Below, piece after piece: positions 17,368 through 20,000 of a stretch of DNA of 20,000 bases. How positions within the stretch are numbered: the stretch's first letter is position 1; every line of letters begins with the position of its first letter. Made by a program: the position numbers and the translations under genes. The stretch lies in the IMG/VR virus record IMGVR_UViG_3300022853_000017. The stretch is one strand, 5' to 3'. Below the pieces are notes generated by a model that searched no databases, was not told the origin of the DNA, and saw nothing but the letters and a program-made list of their open reading frames with translations. The stretch is from an uncultured virus (IMG/VR IMGVR_UViG_3300022853_000017) (taxonomy: Duplodnaviria; Heunggongvirae; Uroviricota; Caudoviricetes).

Positions 17368-18900
17368 TTAAGCATCGTTAGCAGCATCTGTAGTGAAGAA
17401 TAATTTAACGCCAATGAGTCTAGCATCCTCGGCCATATCATCATTGCCGTCTGAAATATCTCTAAATATTCTAAAATAACACATATCTGCTGCAGCAGGC
17501 GATCCGGCAATAGTCACCGCACCACTCTCTGCGGTCACGCACAAATCTTCTGCCGCACCGAGCGCATCGTCTGTAACAACAACTGTTGTACCATATGCAA
17601 CGTCAATTGTATCATTGTTAGAAGCAGCAACGCCCTGTAATCCCCAAGCAACACCATCCGTATCTGTTGCAGCGGTTGTCCAAAATACTTGGAAAGTGAT
17701 GGTGCCTCCATTCCAACTTTTTGGGAATGCAATTTGAAACTGAGCTGCTTCATCAGCAGAAGCATCAAAGTCAAGAACTTGCATATCTGGTCTACCAGCG
17801 GTTGTTTCAACATCTACAAGACCCGCACAACCATTTGATATTGTGGGTCGAATTGCTCCAGCTGGAATAAAGACAGTTTCTTTACCCTGTTCTTTAAATG
17901 CAGACCCGGCGGATGATATACTACCAGAGAAAGTAACATTACCATTTGCTGCAATTGTTACTGCAGCTGGAGTAGTTGCAGTACCAATTGTTCCAGTATC
18001 TTTAATTAAGATATCATCTACAAAAGTAACGATACCAGTTGAAGCAATTGTCATAGCAGATGTTGCAGATGCAACACCTATCGTACCACCATCTTTTATG
18101 AGAATGTCATCTTTAAATGTAACAATACCACCAGAAGATATTTGCATCGCATCTGTGGCACCTGCTGATCCAATATCTGCATCATTTGGAATTACTATAC
18201 CACCATTTGCAGTAACTAAACCACTAGAAGTTAATGCTCCAACAACATTAATTAGAGTAGCAGTGAGTTCAATCTCATCTGTAGCAGCAATATCTAAAAC
18301 TGTTGCACTTGCACCTTGAATAAATTGTGAAACGTCATTGAACATTAATTTATTTGTTGAGTTAAGTGTCAGACCAGCACCATCAGTATGGGTTAATGTT
18401 GTATCGTTATCATCACCGAAACCAATTACAGCACTATCTGCTAAGAATAAGTCAGAGAATTGCAATGAGGTTGTGCCCAGTGCAGCACCATCTTGTGCGT
18501 CTGGAACGAAAGCCGTTGCAGCGGTGATTGTTCCCGTTGCTGTAACATTACCTGTTACATCCAAACCCGAACTGTCAATTTCAATTCTTTCAGTTCCACC
18601 AGTAGTCACATTGACTGTATCAGCAGCACTAAAGAATATTCCAGTATTTGTGTCACCCGTGTTTGTAATTGATGGTGCTGATACGCTGCCGTCTGCAAAT
18701 GATGCAACACCAGTGATTGAAGGTGCAGCAAGAGTAACAACAGTAGCAGTAGCACTGATACCAGAACTTAGTGCAGTACCCGTACCCAACAGAGTATAAA
18801 TTTCACTAAAGTTATCGTTGATCTTGTCACCACCGTCACGGATAGAATCACCTGTCCCATCTCCTTCGGTTGTTCCTAATCCTAATGTTTGTAATGCCAT
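17368..18900 (-). CDS. Baseplate-anchored short fibre with a T4 gp9/gp10-like N-terminal motif (510 aa)
   Basis: N-terminus LGLGTTEGDGTGDSIRDGGDKINDNFSEIY is the gp9/gp10 N-terminal signature (DGTGD.LR....KIN.NF.E.Y). It is followed by DGSVSAPSIT..GDTNTGIF, fibre repeats and a distinct globular C-terminal domain. Confidence 0.75.
   Translation of the reverse strand: MALQTLGLGTTEGDGTGDSIRDGGDKINDNFSEIYTLLGTGTALSSGISATATVVTLAAPSITGVASFADGSVSAPSITNTGDTNTGIFFSAADTVNVTTGGTERIEIDSSGLDVTGNVTATGTITAATAFVPDAQDGAALGTTSLQFSDLFLADSAVIGFGDDNDTTLTHTDGAGLTLNSTNKLMFNDVSQFIQGASATVLDIAATDEIELTATLINVVGALTSSGLVTANGGIVIPNDADIGSAGATDAMQISSGGIVTFKDDILIKDGGTIGVASATSAMTIASTGIVTFVDDILIKDTGTIGTATTPAAVTIAANGNVTFSGSISSAGSAFKEQGKETVFIPAGAIRPTISNGCAGLVDVETTAGRPDMQVLDFDASADEAAQFQIAFPKSWNGGTITFQVFWTTAATDTDGVAWGLQGVAASNNDTIDVAYGTTVVVTDDALGAAEDLCVTAESGAVTIAGSPAAADMCYFRIFRDISDGNDDMAEDARLIGVKLFFTTDAANDA
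17930..18200 (-). repeat. Three tandem 31-aa repeats in the short fibre
   Basis: IVIPNDADIGSAGATDAMQISSGGIVTFKDD / ILIKDGGTIGVASATSAMTIASTGIVTFVDD / ILIKDTGTIGTATTPAAVTIAANGNVTF. Boundaries are approximate. Confidence 0.8.
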
Positions 18901-18924
18901 TATCCGTGTCCTCTTCTATCTGAG

Positions 18925-18932
18925 TATTTATA
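18925..18932 (-). promoter_or_regulatory. T4-type late promoter TATAAATA upstream of the short fibre gene
   Basis: Exact consensus overlapping the upstream TAA stop, about 24 nt before the ATG at 18900, with RBS AGAGGA in between. Confidence 0.75.
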
Positions 18933-20000
18933 CCTTTAGTGAGTCCCAAGTTATTGGACTATCAAATGTTGTTGCACCACTAAATCCTGTGTTTATAATT
19001 TTAATATATCGGTCAAGGTCAGTTCCGTCTTCTAGAATAATTTGGTCATTCTCATCTACAGAAGTGTTGTATACAATCAAATCAAGGTCTTCTAAAGCTA
19101 AGTTGCCATTTGTCCTAATGAAGATATCTGACGGAATACCATATCGTACTAGTGTAGTAGTATCATATATACCAAATGGTAATTCGCCCGTGTTTAATGA
19201 CTCTTCTAGCGCAATAAATGTTTTCTCTAGAGATAGTTTTCCACCAATACCAAACCCAGTATAATCTTCTAACAGAATATCATCGCCAAAGGTTCCGGTA
19301 ACAGTTGTACCATCCTCTTGTTTGAATGTTCCAAGTTCTTGTCCCTCAAGAACAATTGTATCAAGGGAATTCTCATCAGAGATATTAAAGAGAGAATCAC
19401 GAACAATATCTCCAATAGAATATGATTCTGGATTAAAGCTTTCGCCCAATATTGCACCACCGCCTTGGAACCCGACAGGATTTTCAAGGATTAGATTGTC
19501 ACCATCAGTCTCATCAACAAGGTTATCGTTTGCAATAGATGTAAAGCTGTTTATCGTAACACTCTGTCCAACATTAACATCTGAAGAATCTTCCAACAAG
19601 AAGTGATCGCCATTATCTGCCTGTGGATTTCCTTCTGGTGAAAGATCAACAGTACCAGTAATCAACAAACGACTACCCAATTCAGATATACCACTCTCTA
19701 ATTGAATACCATCACCAGTGATACCTTCATATGATGAAGTTGCAAGGAAGGCTAGACCATTAGAAGTATTATGATTATTAGTAACTTTTGCATTAAGATG
19801 GGTTGTAACTGTTGAACGTAAGAATATTTCATGATCACCCTGTGGATCAGCACGACCATCAGTGACAAATTTCTCACCATCTGTTTCATCAATAATATTA
19901 AACTTTATACTTACATCTTCACCAAACATAAACGAAATGCCATCTGTACCAACTGTCTCACGAAGAATAGCAAATCCATCCTCCAAAAGAAGATCACTTC
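18928..20000 (-). CDS. C-terminal part of a large acidic structural protein, probably a gp7-like baseplate wedge protein (5' end outside the window)
   Basis: The frame stays open beyond 19986 to the window edge (...SDLLLEDGF), so the listed start is not real. Many I/L-L-E-D-G-like motifs, a C-terminal TTFDS..TWDS, and a position upstream of gp8. The gp7 call rests mainly on synteny. Confidence 0.5.
   Translation of the reverse strand, partial: SDLLLEDGFAILRETVGTDGISFMFGEDVSIKFNIIDETDGEKFVTDGRADPQGDHEIFLRSTVTTHLNAKVTNNHNTSNGLAFLATSSYEGITGDGIQLESGISELGSRLLITGTVDLSPEGNPQADNGDHFLLEDSSDVNVGQSVTINSFTSIANDNLVDETDGDNLILENPVGFQGGGAILGESFNPESYSIGDIVRDSLFNISDENSLDTIVLEGQELGTFKQEDGTTVTGTFGDDILLEDYTGFGIGGKLSLEKTFIALEESLNTGELPFGIYDTTTLVRYGIPSDIFIRTNGNLALEDLDLIVYNTSVDENDQIILEDGTDLDRYIKIINTGFSGATTFDSPITWDSLKV

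Noticed and set aside
18238..18516. Possible diversity-generating retroelement template/variable repeat pair with the long fibre
   Set aside because: Differences are mostly synonymous third-position changes and not adenine-specific, both copies are coding and internal, and no reverse transcriptase is in the window.
3233..19606. Numerous plus-strand ORFs and short alternative-frame minus-strand ORFs in the track
   Set aside because: They are shadows of the long minus-strand genes, lack RBS or promoter support, and repeat only because the underlying fibre DNA repeats.

Overview
The window is a gene-dense, entirely minus-strand segment from the baseplate/tail-fibre region of a T4-like myovirus, resembling marine cyanophage/pelagiphage-type genomes. 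The host cannot be determined from this sequence. In transcription order (right to left) it holds: the 3' part of a gp7-like baseplate protein; a fibre with a gp9/gp10-type N-terminus plus two partner ORFs; gp8; a large VrlC/DUF4815-type structural protein encoded as two genes; a small coiled-coil protein; a 1369-aa repetitive tail fibre; a structural protein; and a translationally coupled cluster of a hypothetical protein, a GT-A glycosyltransferase, a methyltransferase-like protein and an Asp/Asn beta-hydroxylase-like 2OG-Fe(II) oxygenase (missing from the ORF track). Several T4-type late promoters (TATAAATA) are present. Main findings: (1) a late-expressed hydroxylase/glycosyltransferase/methyltransferase cluster beside the fibres, a candidate virion-decoration system; (2) an apparently exact in-frame 1644-bp tandem duplication in the fibre gene, with a hybrid junction suggesting unequal crossover; (3) a gene split of the large structural protein with its own promoter-like motif and RBS; (4) near-identical modules shared by two different fibre genes. 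Family calls come from motif recognition, not database searches.
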